The notes under the pieces are model-generated. The model worked only from the letters and a program-made list of their open reading frames with translations. It was not told the DNA's origin and did no database searches. Shown here piece after piece: positions 1 through 21,076 of a DNA stretch of 64,000 nucleotides (its first letter is position 1; the number at the start of each line of letters is the position of its first letter). This DNA is from the human T2T-CHM13v2.0 reference genome, Homo sapiens. The translations under genes and the position numbers were made by a program. Location of the stretch: NCBI GenBank assembly GCA_009914755.4, contig CP068257.2:6112001-6176000 (forward strand), in the 5' to 3' direction.

Positions 1-3000
1 GAGTTATGTCACAATGCCCCCTTTTGGTAAAGCGTAGACAAAGGTTACATCACCTGGGTGATCAGTGCAGAGATGTGTCACAAGCCCCCTGTAGCCAGAG
101 CGTAGACAAGAGTTACATCAGCTGTGTGATCAGTGCAGTGACATTTCACAATGTACTTGTAGCCATATACTTGAGAAAAGTGACATCAGCTGGGTGATCA
201 GTGCGGAGATATGTCACAAGGCCTGCAGTAGTCAGAGCCTATACAAGAGTTACATCACCTGGGTGATCAGGGCAGAGATATGTCACAATGCCCACTGTAA
301 GCAGATCCCAGACAAGAGTTGCATTACCTCGGTGATCAGTGCAGAGATATGTCTCAATGCCCCCTGTCTGCGAAGCCTATACAAGAGTTACATCATCTCG
401 GTAGTGAGTGCAGTGATATGTTAAAATGCCCCTGTAGGCAGAGCCTAGACAAGAGTTACATCACCTGGGTGATCAGTGCAGAGATATCTTACTATACCCC
501 GTGTAAGCAGAGCCAAGATAAGAGTTACATTACCTGGGTGATCAGTGCAGACATATGTCATAAATCCCACAGTAGGCAAAGCCTAGAGAAGTTTTACATC
601 ACCTCAGCGATCAGTGCAGAGATATGTCCCAATGTCCCTCTAGGCACAGCTTAGACAAGAGTAACGTCTCCTGGGTGATCAGTGCAGAGGTAAGTCACAG
701 TGCCCCCATAGGCAGAGCCTAGACAAGAGTTACATAACCCGAGTGATCCGTGCAGAGTGATGTCACATCGCCCTCTGTAGGCAGAGACTAGAAAAGAGTT
801 ACATCACCTGGGTGATCAGTGCAGAGATATGTCACAATGCCCCCTGTAGGCAGAGCAGAGAAGAGTTGCATCACCTGGGTGATCAGTGTAGAGATATGTC
901 ACAATGCCCCTGTAGGCAGAGCATACAGAAGAGTTGCATCACCTGGGTGATAAGTGCAGAGATATGTCACAATGTCCCCTGTAGGCAAAGCCTAGGCAAG
1001 AGTTACATCACCTTTGTCATCAGATCAGGGATATGTGTAAACACACCTGTAGGCCGAGCATAGAAAACAGTTACATCACCTAGCTGATCAGTGCAGAGAT
1101 ATTTCACAATATCCCCTGTAGGCAGATACTAGACAAGAGTTGAATCACCTCGGTGATCAGTGCAGAGATATTTCACAATGCCCCCTTTGGGCAGAGGGTA
1201 GACAAGATTTACATCACATAGGTGATCAGTGCAGAAGTTTGTCAACTTTCCCTGTAGGCAGTGCTTATAAAAATGTTACATCACATAAGTGATCAGTGCA
1301 GACATATCAGAAAGCTCCTGTAGGCAGAAGTTAGATGAGTTATATCACCTGGGTGATCAGTGCAAAGGTATGTCACAAAGCCCCCTGTAGGGAAAGCCTA
1401 GACAATAGTTATATCATTTGGATGATCAGTGGAGAGGTCTCTCACAATTTCCCTGTAGGCAGAGCTTATACAACAGTTGCATCACCTGGGTGATCAGTAC
1501 GGAGATATGTCACAATGCCCCCATACGCAGATCCAAGACAAGAGTCCGTCACATGGGTGATCAGTGCAGAAATATGTCACAATGCCCCCTTAGGCAGAGC
1601 CTAGACACAAGCCCAATCACCTGGATGATCAGTGCGGATTTATGTCACACAGTCCCTTTAGGCAGATCCTAGACAAGTGTTACATCGCTTGGATGATCAG
1701 TGAAGAGATATGTCACAATGCCACTGTAGGCAGAGCCTAGACAACAGTTACATGACCTAGGTGATCAGTGCAGAGATACTTCGCAATGCGGCTGTAGGCA
1801 GAGCATTGACAAGTGGTATATCACCTGTGTGATCGTTGCAGTGATATGTCACATAACACTCTGTAGGCAGATAGAAGAGAAGAGTTATATCACCTGGGTG
1901 ATCAGTGCAGAGATATGTCACAGGACCCCTGTAGGCAGAGCCTAGACAAGAGTTATATCACCTGGGTGATCAGAGTAGTGATATGTCACGATGCCTTGTA
2001 GCCAGAGCCAAGACTAAAGTTAAAGCACCTGGGAGATCTGTGCAGACATATGTCACAATGTCCCCAGTAGGCAGAGAGCAGGCAATAGTTGGATCACCTC
2101 GGTATCAGTGCAGAGATATGTCTGAATCCCCCTGTGGGCACAGCCTAGAAAAGAGTTACATCACCTCGGTTAACAGTGTAGAGATATGTCAAAATGCCCC
2201 TGTAGGCAGAGCCTACACAAGTGTTACATCACTTAGGTGATCAGTACAGAGATATGTCACAATACCCCCTTTAAGCAGAGCCTAGACAAGAGTTACATCA
2301 CCTGGGTGATCAGTGCAGAGATATGTGACAAGGCCCCTTTAATCAGAGCCTACACAATAGTTACATCACTTGAGTGATCAGTGCAGAGATCTGTCACAAT
2401 GCCCGTTTAGGCAGAGCTTAGACCAGAGTTACATCACCTGGGTGATCAGTGCAGAGATCTGTCACAATGCCCCTATTGGCAGAGGTTAGACCAGAGTTAC
2501 ATCACCTTGGTGATCAGTGCAGAAATATGACACAATGCCGCCAGTAGGCAGATATAGACAAGAGTTACATCAACTGCGTGATCACTGCAGAGAAATGTCA
2601 CAATGCCCCTCTAGGCAGAGCCTAGACAAGAGTCCCATCACCTGGGTGATCAATGCAGAGTTATGTCACAATGCCGCCTGTTGGCAGAGCCTACACAAGG
2701 GTTACATCACCTGGGTGATCAGTGCAGAGATGTGTCAGTAGACCCCTGAAGCCAGTGCCTAGACAAGAGTTACATCACCTGGGTGATCAGTGCAGTGACA
2801 TGTCACAATGTCCCTGTAGCCATATCCTTGACAAAAGTGACATCACCTGGGTGATCAGTGTGGAGATATGTCACAATATCTCCAGTAGGCAGAGCCTAGA
2901 CAAGAGTTACGTCACCTGGGTGATCAGGGCAGTGGTATGTCACAATGCCCCCTGTAACCAGATCCCAGACAAGAGTTGCATCACCTCGGTGATCAGTGCA

Positions 3001-3627
3001 GTGATATGTCTCAATGACCCCACTCGGTGAAGCCTATACAAGAGTTACATCATCTCGGTGATCAGTGCAGTGATATATTAAAATGCCCCTGTAGGCAGAG
3101 CCTAGACAAGTTTTATCACCTGCGTGATCAGTGCAGAGATATCTCACAATACCCCCTGTAAGCAGAGCCTAGACAAGAGTTACATCAGCTGGGTGATCAG
3201 TGCAGGAATATGACATAAATCCCACTATAGGCAAAGCCTACACAAGTTTTACATCACCTAAGTGATCAGTGCCGAGATATGTCACAAAGCTCCTGTTGAC
3301 AGAAGTCAGATGAGGTACATCACCTGGGTGATCTGTGCGAAGGTATGTCAAAAAGCCCCCTGTAGGCAAAGCCAAGACAATAGTTACATCACTTGGGTGA
3401 TCAGTGGCGAGTTCTCTCACAATTCCCCTGTAGGCAGAGCTTACACAACAGTTACATCACCAGGGTGATCAGTGTAGAGATATGTCACAATGTCCCCTGC
3501 AGGCGGAGCATAGAGAAGAGTTTCATCACCTGGGTGATCAGTACAGAGATATGTCACAATGTCCCCTGTAGGCAAAGCCTAGACAAGTGTTACATCACAT
3601 TGTTGATCAGTTCGGAGATGTGTCATG
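1..3627 (+). repeat. Beta-satellite array (68-bp Sau3A-family monomers, + orientation), about 53 monomers, truncated by window start
   Basis: Monomer consensus gttacatcacctgggtgatcagtgcagagatatgtcacaatgccccctgtaggcagagcctagacaagag repeats with a 68-bp period (e.g. acctgggtga at 7861 and 7929); GATC in each monomer; AT-richer than flanking units. Confidence 0.9.
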
Positions 3628-6411
<2,784 letters not shown>

Positions 6412-9400
6412 AATAGTTACATCTCCTGGATGATCAGTTCAGAAATGTGTCACAATGCCGACTCCCTGCAGAGCCTAGAGAAGATTTGCATCATTTCCGT
6501 GATCAGTGCAGAGATATATCACAATGTCCCCTGTACAAAAAGCCTGGAAATGATTTACATCACCTCGGTGATCAGTGCGTAGGTATGTCAGAAATCCCCA
6601 GTAGGCTGAACCTAGACAAGGGTTCCATCACTTAGGTGATCAGTGTAGAGATATGTGAAAATTCCCGTGTAGACAGAGCCTAGACAAGTGTTACATCACC
6701 TAGTGATCAGTGCAGGGATAAGTTGTAAAGCCTCCTGTAGGCGGAGTGTAGACAAGTGTTTCCTCCCTGGGGTGATCAGTGCAAAGTTATGTCACAAAGC
6801 CCCTATAAGCAGAACTTTGACAAGGGTTACATCACCTGTTTGATCAGTGGAAATCTACATCACAAAGCCCCCTGTAGGCAAAGCCCTGACAATTGTTGCA
6901 TCACCTGGGTGAGAAGTGGAGAGATCTGTCACAATGCCCCTGTAGGCAGAGCTTAGACAAGGGTTACATCACCTGGATGATCAGTGCAGAGATATGTCAA
7001 AACGCTACTGTAGGCTGAACCTAGGAATGAGTTACATCAACTGGGTGATCAGTGCAGAGATATGTGAGAATTCCCGTGTAGGCAGAGTCTAGACAAGTGT
7101 TACATCACCTAGGTTATCAGTGCAGGTATAAGTCATGAAGCATCCTGTAGGCAGAGCGTAGACAAGAGTTCCCTCCGCAGAGTGATCAGTGTACAGATGT
7201 GTCACAAAGCCCCTGTAGGCAGAACCTAGACAAGAGTTTCATCACTTGGTTGATCAGTTCAGAGACGTGTCACAATGTCCATGTAGGCAGATCTAAGACA
7301 AGAGTCCATCACCTGGGTGATCAGTGCAGAGATATGTACCAATGTCCCCTGTAGGCAGTGCCTAGACAAGAGTTGCATCACCTCAGAGATCAGTGCACAG
7401 ATATGTCACAAAGCCTTCTGTAGGCAAAGCCCGTACAAGGCTTACATCACCTAGGTGTTCAGTGCAGTGATATGTCACAAAAGTCCCTGTAGACAGAGCC
7501 TAGAAAGAGTTACATCACCTGGGTGATCAGTGGAGATATTTGCCACAATGCCCCCATTGACAGAGCCTAGAAAAAGACTTCCATCACCTGGTTGATCACT
7601 GCAGAGATATGTCATAAAACGCCCTTTTGGCAGAGTATAGAGAAGAGTCCCATTACCTGGGTGATCAGTGCAGAGATATTTCACAATGCCCCCTGTAGGC
7701 AGAGAGTGGACAAGAGTTACATAACCTAGGTGATCTGTGCAGAGCTATGTCAAAATGCACCTGTAGGCAGAGCCTAGATAAATGTTACATCACCTGGGTG
7801 ATCAGTGCAGAGATACGTCACAATACCCCCTGTAGGTGAAGCCTAGGCAAGAGTTACATCACCTGGGTGATCAGTGCAGAGGTATGTCACAAAGCCCCTG
7901 TAGGCAGAGCCTAGACAAGACTTACATCACCTGGGTGATCAGTGCAGAGGTATGTCACAAAGCCCCTGTAGGCAGAGCCTAGACAAGAGTTACATCACCT
8001 GGGTGATCAGTGCAGAGATATGTCACAAATACCCCTCTAGGCAGAGTATAGAGAAGAGTCCCATCACCAGGGTGATCAGTGCAGAGATATTTCACAATGC
8101 CCCCTGTAGGCAGAGAGTGAACAAGAGTTACATAACCTAGTGATCTGTGCAGAGCTATGTCAAAACGCCCCTGTAGGCAGAGCCTAGATAAATGTTAGAT
8201 CAACTGAGTGATCAGTGCAGAGATACGCCACAATACCCCTGAAGGTGGAGCCTAGACAAGAGTTACATCACCTGGGTGATCAGTGCAGAAATATGTCACA
8301 AATCCCATGTAGGCCGAGCCTAGACAAGAGTTATATCTCCTGGGTGATCAGTGCAAAGACATGTCAGAAAGCCCCCTGTAGACAAATCCCAGAAAATTGT
8401 TGCAACACCAGCGTGATCAGTGGAGATATCTGTCACAATTCCCCTTTAGGAGGAGCTTAGACAAGCGTTCCATCACATAAGTGATCAGTGCAGAGATATG
8501 TCACTATGGCCCCATAGGCAGGTCCAAGACAAGACTCCATCACGTGGGTGATCAGTGCAGAAATATGCCACAATGCCGCCAGTAGGCAGATATAGACAAG
8601 AGTTTCATCACCTGCGTGATCACTGCAGAGTTATGTCACAATGCCCCTGTAGGCAGAACCTAGACAAGAGTCCCATCACCTGGGTGATCAGTGCAGAGTT
8701 ATGTCAAAATGCCGCCTTTTGGCAGAGCCTAGACAATGGTTACATCACCTGGGTGATCAGTGCAGAGATGTGTCACAAACCCCCTGTAGCCAGAGTCTAG
8801 ACAAGTGTTACATCAACTGTGTGATCAGTGCAGTGACATGTCACAATATCCCTGTAGCCATATCCTTGACAAAAGTGACAACACCTGGGTGACCAGTGAG
8901 GAGATATGTCACAATGTCTCCAGTAGTCAGAGCCTAGACAAGAGTTACATCACCTGGATGATCAGGCAGCGATATGTCACAATGCCCCCTGTAAGCATAT
9001 CCCAGACAAGAGTTGCATCACCTCGGTGATCAGTGCAGACATATGTCTCAATGCCCCCTGTCGGCGATGCCTATACAAGAGTAACATCATCACGGTGATC
9101 AATGCAGTGATATGTGAAAATGCCTCTGTAGGCAGAGCTTATACAAGAGCTACATCACCTGGGTGATCAGTGCAGAGATATCTCACAATACCCCCTGTAA
9201 GCAGAGCCTAGAAAAGAGTTACATCACCAGGGTGATCAGTGCAGAGATATGTCATAAATCCCACTGTAGGCAAAGCCTAGACAAATTTTACAGCACCTCA
9301 GCGATCAGTGCAGAGATATGTCCCAATATCCCTCTAGGCAGAGCTTAGAGAAGAGTCACATCTCCTGGGTGATCAGTGCAGAGATAAGTCACAATGCCCC

Positions 9401-12400
9401 CGTAGGCAGATCTTAGACAAGAGTTACATAACCCAGGTGATCCGCGCAGAGTGATGTCACAACGCCCTCTGTAGGCAGAGACTAGAAAAGAGTTACATCA
9501 CCTGGGTGATCAGTGCAGAGACATGTGAAAAGTCCCCTTTAAGCAGAGCCAAGACAATAGTTACATCACCTGAGTGATCAGTGCAGAGATCTGTCACAAT
9601 GCCCCTTTAGGCAGAGCTTAGACCAGACTTACATCACCTGGGTGATCAGTGCAGAGATATGTCACAATGCCCCCATAGGCAAATCCAAGACAGGAGTCCG
9701 TCACCTGGGTCATCAGTGCAGAAATACGTGACAAGGCCCCCAGTAGGCAGAGGCTTAAGAAGACTCCCATCACCTGGGTGATCAGTGCAGAGATATTCAA
9801 TAATATATCTGACCTGCAGGCAGAGCATAAGCAAGAGTTACATCACCTACATCATCAGTGCAGAGATATGTCACAAGGCCCCCTACAGGCAGAGCCTGGA
9901 CAAGAGTTACATCACCTCAGTGATCAATGCAGTGATATGTCACTATGCCCCGTAGGCAGAGGCTAGTCAAGCGTTGCATCACCTGGTAGATCAGTGCAGA
10001 GATATTTCACAAATACCCCATACAAGGAGCCTAGACAAGAGTCCCATCACCTGGGTGATCAGTGTAGAAATATGTCACAATGCCCCCATAGGCAGATCCA
10101 ACACAAGAGTTACATCACCTGGGTGATCATTGTAGAGATATTTCACAATGCCCACATAGGCAGAGCCTAGACAAAACTCCCATCACCTGGGTGATCAGTG
10201 AAGAGATATGTCACAAGCCCCCTGTAGGCAGAGCCTAGAAAAGAGTTATATCACCTGGGTGATCAGTGCAGTGATATGTCACAATGCCGTGTAGCCATAG
10301 CCAAGAATAAAGCAATAGCACCTGGGAGATCAGTGCAGAGATACGTCACAATGTTCCCAGTGGGCAGAGACCAGACAAGAGTTAGAACACTTCGGGATCA
10401 GCGCAGAGATATATCTCAATCCCACAGTGGGCACAGCCTAGACAATAGTTACATCACCTCGGTTAACAGTGCAGAGATATGTCAAAATGCCCCTGTAAGC
10501 AGAGCCTACACAAGTGTTACATCACTTAGGTGATCAGTGCAGAGATATGTCACAATACCCCCTGTAAGCAGAGCCTAGACAAGAGTTACATCACGTGGGT
10601 GATCAGTGCAGAGATATGTGACAAGGCCCCTTTAAGCAGAGCCTAGACAATAGTTACATGACCTGAGTGATCAATGCAGAGATCTGTCACAATGTCATTT
10701 TAGGCAGAGCTTAGACCAGAGTTACAACACCTGGCTGATCAGTGCAGAGATATGTCACAATGCCCCCATAGGCAAATCCAAGACAAGAGTCCGTCACCTG
10801 GGTGATCAGTTCAGAAATATGTGAGAATGACACCAGTAGTCAGAACTTAGAGAAGAGTCCCTTCACCTGGGTGATCAGTGCAGAGATATTTCACAAAGCC
10901 CCCTTTGGGCAGAGGGTAGACAAGAGTTACTTCACCTAGATGATCAGTGCAGAGATATGTCACAATGTCCCCTGTAGGCAAAGCCTAGGCAAGAGTTACA
11001 TCACCTTTGTCATCAGTTCAGGGATATGTGAAAACGGCCCTGTAGGCAGAGGCTAGACAAGAGTTACATCACCTCGGTTAACAGTGAAGAGATATGTCAC
11101 AATACCCCCTGTAGGCAGATACTAGACAAGAGTTGAATCACCTGAATGATCAGTGCAGAGATATTTCACAATGCCACCTTTGGGCAGAGGGTAGATAAGA
11201 GTTACATCACCTAGGTGATCAGTGCAGAGATTTGTAAAATTTCCCTGTTTACAGTGCTTATAAAATTGTTACATCACCTAAGTGGTCAGTGCAGAGATAT
11301 GTCACAAAGCTCCTGTAGGCAGAACTTAAAAGAGTGACGTCAACTGGGTGATCATTGCAAAGGTATGTCACAAAGCCCCTGTAGGCAAAGCCTAGACAAT
11401 ACTTACATCACTTGGGTGATCAGTGGCGAGATCTCTCACAATTCCCCTGTAGGCAGAACTTATACAACAGTTACATCACCTAGGTGAACAATGCAGTGAT
11501 TTGTCAAAATTCCCTGTGGGCAGTGCTTATAAAACTGTTACATCATCTAAGAGATCTGTGCAGAGATATGTCACAAAGCTCCTGTAGGCAGAACTTAGAT
11601 GACTTACATCAGCTGTGTAATCAGTGCAAAGGTATGACACAAAGCCCCCTGTAGGCAAAGCCTAGACAATAGTTACATCACTTGGGTGATCAGTGGCAAC
11701 ATCTCTCACAATTCCCCTGTAGGCAGAGCTTATACAACAGTTACATCACCTGGGTGCTCAGTGCAGAGATATGTCACAATGCCCCCATAGGCAGACCCAA
11801 GACATGAGTCCGTTACCTGGGTGATCATTGCAGAAATGTATCACAATGCCCCCTTAGGCAGAGCCTAGACAAAAGCCACAACACCTGGATGATCAGTGCA
11901 GATTTATGTCACAAAGTCCCTTTAGGCAGATCCTAGACAAGAGTTACATCACTTGGATGATCAGTGCAGAGATATGTCACAATGCCATTGTAGGCAGAGC
12001 TTAGACAAGAGTTACATGACCTAGGTGATCAGTGCAGACATACATCACAATCTCCCTGTAGGCAGAGCCTTGGCAAGTGGTACATCACCTGTGTGATCAT
12101 TGCAGGGATATGTCACAAAGCACCATGTAGGCAGATCCTAGAAAAGAGTTACATCACCTGGTTGATCAGTGCAGAGATATGTCAAAATGCCACTGTAGGC
12201 AGAGCCTAGATAAGTTACATGACCTAGGTGATCAGTGCAGATATATATCACAATGCCCCTGTAGGCAGAGCCTTGACAAGTGTTATATCACCTGGGTGAT
12301 CATTGCAGGGATGTCACAAAGCACCGTGTAGGCAGATCCTTGAGAAGAGTTATATCACCTGGGTGATCAGTGCAGAGATATGTCACAAGCCCCCTATAGG

Positions 12401-13429
12401 CAGAGCATAGACAAGAGTTATATCACCTGGGTGATCAGTGCAGTGATATGTCACAATGCCGTGTAGCCAGATCATAGACTAAAGTTACAGCACATGGGAG
12501 ATCAGTGCAGAGATATGTCACAATGTCCCCAGTAGGCAGTGACCAGGCAATGTCCACCTGTGGGCACAGCCTAGACAAGAGATACGTCACCTCGGTTAAC
12601 AGTGCAGAGATATGTCAAAAAGCCCCTGTAGGCAGATCCTACACTACTGTTTCATCACTTAGGTGATCAGTGCAGAGATATGTCACAATACTCCCTGTAA
12701 ATAGAGCCTAGACAAGAGTTACATCACCTGGGTCATCAGTGCAGAGATCTGTCACAATGCCCCTTTCGGGAGAGCTTAGACCAGGGTTACATCACCTGGG
12801 TGATCAGTGCAGAGATATGTCACAATGCCCCCATAGGCAAATCCAAGACAGTAGTCCATCACGTGGGTGATCAGGGCAGACATGTGTGACAATGTCCCCA
12901 GTAAGCAAAGCCTAGAGAAGGGACACATCACCTGGGTGATCAGTGCAGAGATATTTCACAATGCCCCTGCTGGCAGAGCGTAAACAAGAGTTACATCACG
13001 TAGATCATCAGTGCAGAGATATGTCACAAGGCCCCCTATACGCAGAGCCTGGACAAGTGTTACATCACCTCAGTGATCAATGCAGTGATATGTCACTATA
13101 CCCCGTAGGCAGAGCATAGTCAAGCGTTACATCATCTGGGTGATCAGTGCAGAGATATGTCACACAGCCCCCATACACAGAGCCTAGAAGAGTCCCAACA
13201 CCTGGGTCATCAGTGCAGAAATATGTCACAATGCCCCCGTAGGCAGATCCAACACAACAGTTACATCACCTGGGTGATCAGTGTAGAGATATGTCACAGT
13301 GGCCCCATAGGCAGAACCTTGACAAAAGTCCCATCACCTGGGTGATCAGCGCAGAGATATGTCGCAAAGCCCCTGTAGGCAGAGCCTAGAGAAGAGTTAT
13401 ATAACTTTGTTGATCAGTTCGGAGATATG
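6412..13429 (+). repeat. Beta-satellite array (+), about 103 monomers, with local higher-order duplications
   Basis: Continuous 68-bp periodicity; near-identical adjacent monomers 7861-7928 and 7929-7996; a roughly 6-monomer block at 7680-7860 repeated at 8090-8270. Confidence 0.9.
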
Positions 13430-16176
<2,747 letters not shown>

Positions 16177-16675
16177 ATTTTTACATCTCCTGGATGATCG
16201 GTTCAGAAATATGTCACAATGCCCCCTCCCTGAGGAGCCTAGAGAAGATTTGCATCATTTGGTTGATCAGTGCAGAGATATATCACAATGTCCCTTGTAC
16301 AAAAATGCTGGAAATGATTTACATCACCTCGGTGATCAGTGCATAGGTATGTCAGAAATACCCAATAGGCTGAACCTAGAAAAGGGTTACATCACTTAGG
16401 TGATCAGTGTAGAGATTTATGAAAATTCCCGTGGAGACAGAGCCTAGAGAAGTGTTACATCACCTAGTGATCAGTGCAGGGATATGTTGTAAAGCCTCCT
16501 GTAGGCAGAGTGTAGACAAGTGTTTCCTCCCTGGGGGGATCAGTGCAGAGTTATGTCACAAAGCCCCTGTAAGCAGAACCTTGTCAAGGGTTACATCACC
16601 TGTTTGATCAGTGGAAATGTATATCACAAACCCCCTGTAGGCAAAGTGCAGACAATTGTTACATCACCCTGTAGG
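16177..16675 (+). repeat. Beta-satellite (+), about 7 monomers, ending at the orientation switch
   Basis: The same unit-proximal monomer series that follows unit 1. It terminates in …gacaattgttacatcac|cctgtaggggggtattgtgacat. Confidence 0.85.
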
Positions 16676-16690
16676 GGGGTATTGTGACAT
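16660..16690. other. Orientation-switch (inversion) junction of the satellite/composite array: + orientation to the left, - orientation to the right
   Basis: Left of about 16675 monomers read gttacatcacctgggtgatcagtgcagag…. Right of it they read the reverse complement …ggcattgtgacatatctctgcactgatcacccaggtgatgtaac…. The junction falls in the quasi-palindromic cctgtagg/cctacagg part of the monomer. All D4Z4-like units left of it are + and all units right of it are -. Confidence 0.85.
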
Positions 16691-18312
16691 ATCTCTGCAC
16701 TGATCGCTCAGTTGATCTAATATTTATCTAGGCTCTGCCTACAGGGGCGTTTTGACATAGCTCTGCACAGATCACTAGGTTATGTAACTCTTGTTCACTC
16801 TCTGCCTACAGGGGGCATTGTGAAATATCTCTGCACTGATCACCCAGGTGATGGGACTCTTCTCTATACTGTGCCTTGAGGGGTATTTGTGACATATCTC
16901 TGCACTGATCACCCAGGTGATGTAACATTTATCTAGGCTCTGCCTACAGGGGCGTTTTGACATAGCTCTGCACGGATCACCTAGGTTATGTAACTCTTGT
17001 CCACTCTCTGCCTACAGGGGGCATTGTGAAATATCTCTGCACTGATCACCCAGGTGATGGGACTCTTCTCTATACTCTGCCAAAAGGGCGATTTGTGACA
17101 TATCTCTGCACTGATCGCCCAGGTGATGGAAGTATTTTCTAGGCTCTGTCTATGGGGGCATTGTGTCAAATATCTCCACTGATCACCCAGGTGATGTAAC
17201 TCTTTCTAGGCTCTGTCTACAGGGATTTTTGTGACATATCACTGCACTGAACACCTAGGTGATGTAAGCCTTGTACGGGCTTTGCCTACAGAAGGCTTTG
17301 TGACATATCTGTGCACTGATCTCTGAGGTGATGCAACTCTTGTCTAGGCACTGCCTACAGGGGCTATTGGTACATATCTCTGCTCTGATCACCCAGGTGA
17401 TAGACTCTTGTCTTAGATCTGCCTACATGGACATTGTGACACATCTCTGAACTGATCAACCAAGTGATGAAACTATTGTCTAGTCTCTGCCTACAGGGGC
17501 TTTGTGACACATCTCTGCACTGATCACCCTTGGGAAGGAACTATTGTCTACGCTCTGCCTACAGGAGGCTTCATGACTTATACCTGCCCTGATAACCTAG
17601 GTGATGTAACAATTGTCTAGACTCTGCCTACACGGGAATTCTCACATATCTCTGCACTGATCACCCAGTTGATGTAACTCATTCCTAGGTTCAGCCTACA
17701 GGAGCGTTTTGACATATCTCTGCACTGATCACCCAGACGTTGTAACCCTTGTCTAAGCTCTGCCTACAGGGGCATTGTGACAGATCTCTCCACTGCTCAC
17801 CCAGGTGATGTAACAATTGTCTGGGCTTTGCCTACTGGGGGTTTGTGATATACATTTCCACTGATCAAACAGGTGATGTAACCCTTGTCAAGGTTCTGCT
17901 TACAGAGGCTTTGTGACATAACTCTGCACTGATCACCCCAGGGAGGAAACACTTTTCTACACTCTGCCTACAGGAGACTTTACAACTTATCCCTGCACTG
18001 ATCACTAGGTGATGTAACACTTGTCTAGGTTCTGTCTACACGGGAATTTTCACATATCTCTACACTGATCACCTAAGTGATTTAACCCTTGTCCATGTTC
18101 AGCTTACTGGGGATTTCTCACATACGTATGCACTGATCACCGAGGTGATGTAAATCATTTCCAGGCTTTTTGTACAGGGGACATTGTGATATATCTCTGC
18201 ACTGATCACCCAAATGATGCAAATCTTCTCTAGGCTCCGCAGGGAGGAGGCCTTGTGACACATTTCTGAACCGATCATCCAGGAGATGTAACTATTCTCC
18301 AGGCTTTGACTA
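16676..18312 (-). repeat. Beta-satellite array (- orientation), about 24 monomers
   Basis: Reverse-complement monomers. ORF-track entries 16775..16963(-) and 16981..17169(-) are near-identical in protein to 7952..8140(+), so this block is homologous to the satellite downstream of unit 1 but inverted. Confidence 0.9.
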
Positions 18313-21076
<2,764 letters not shown>

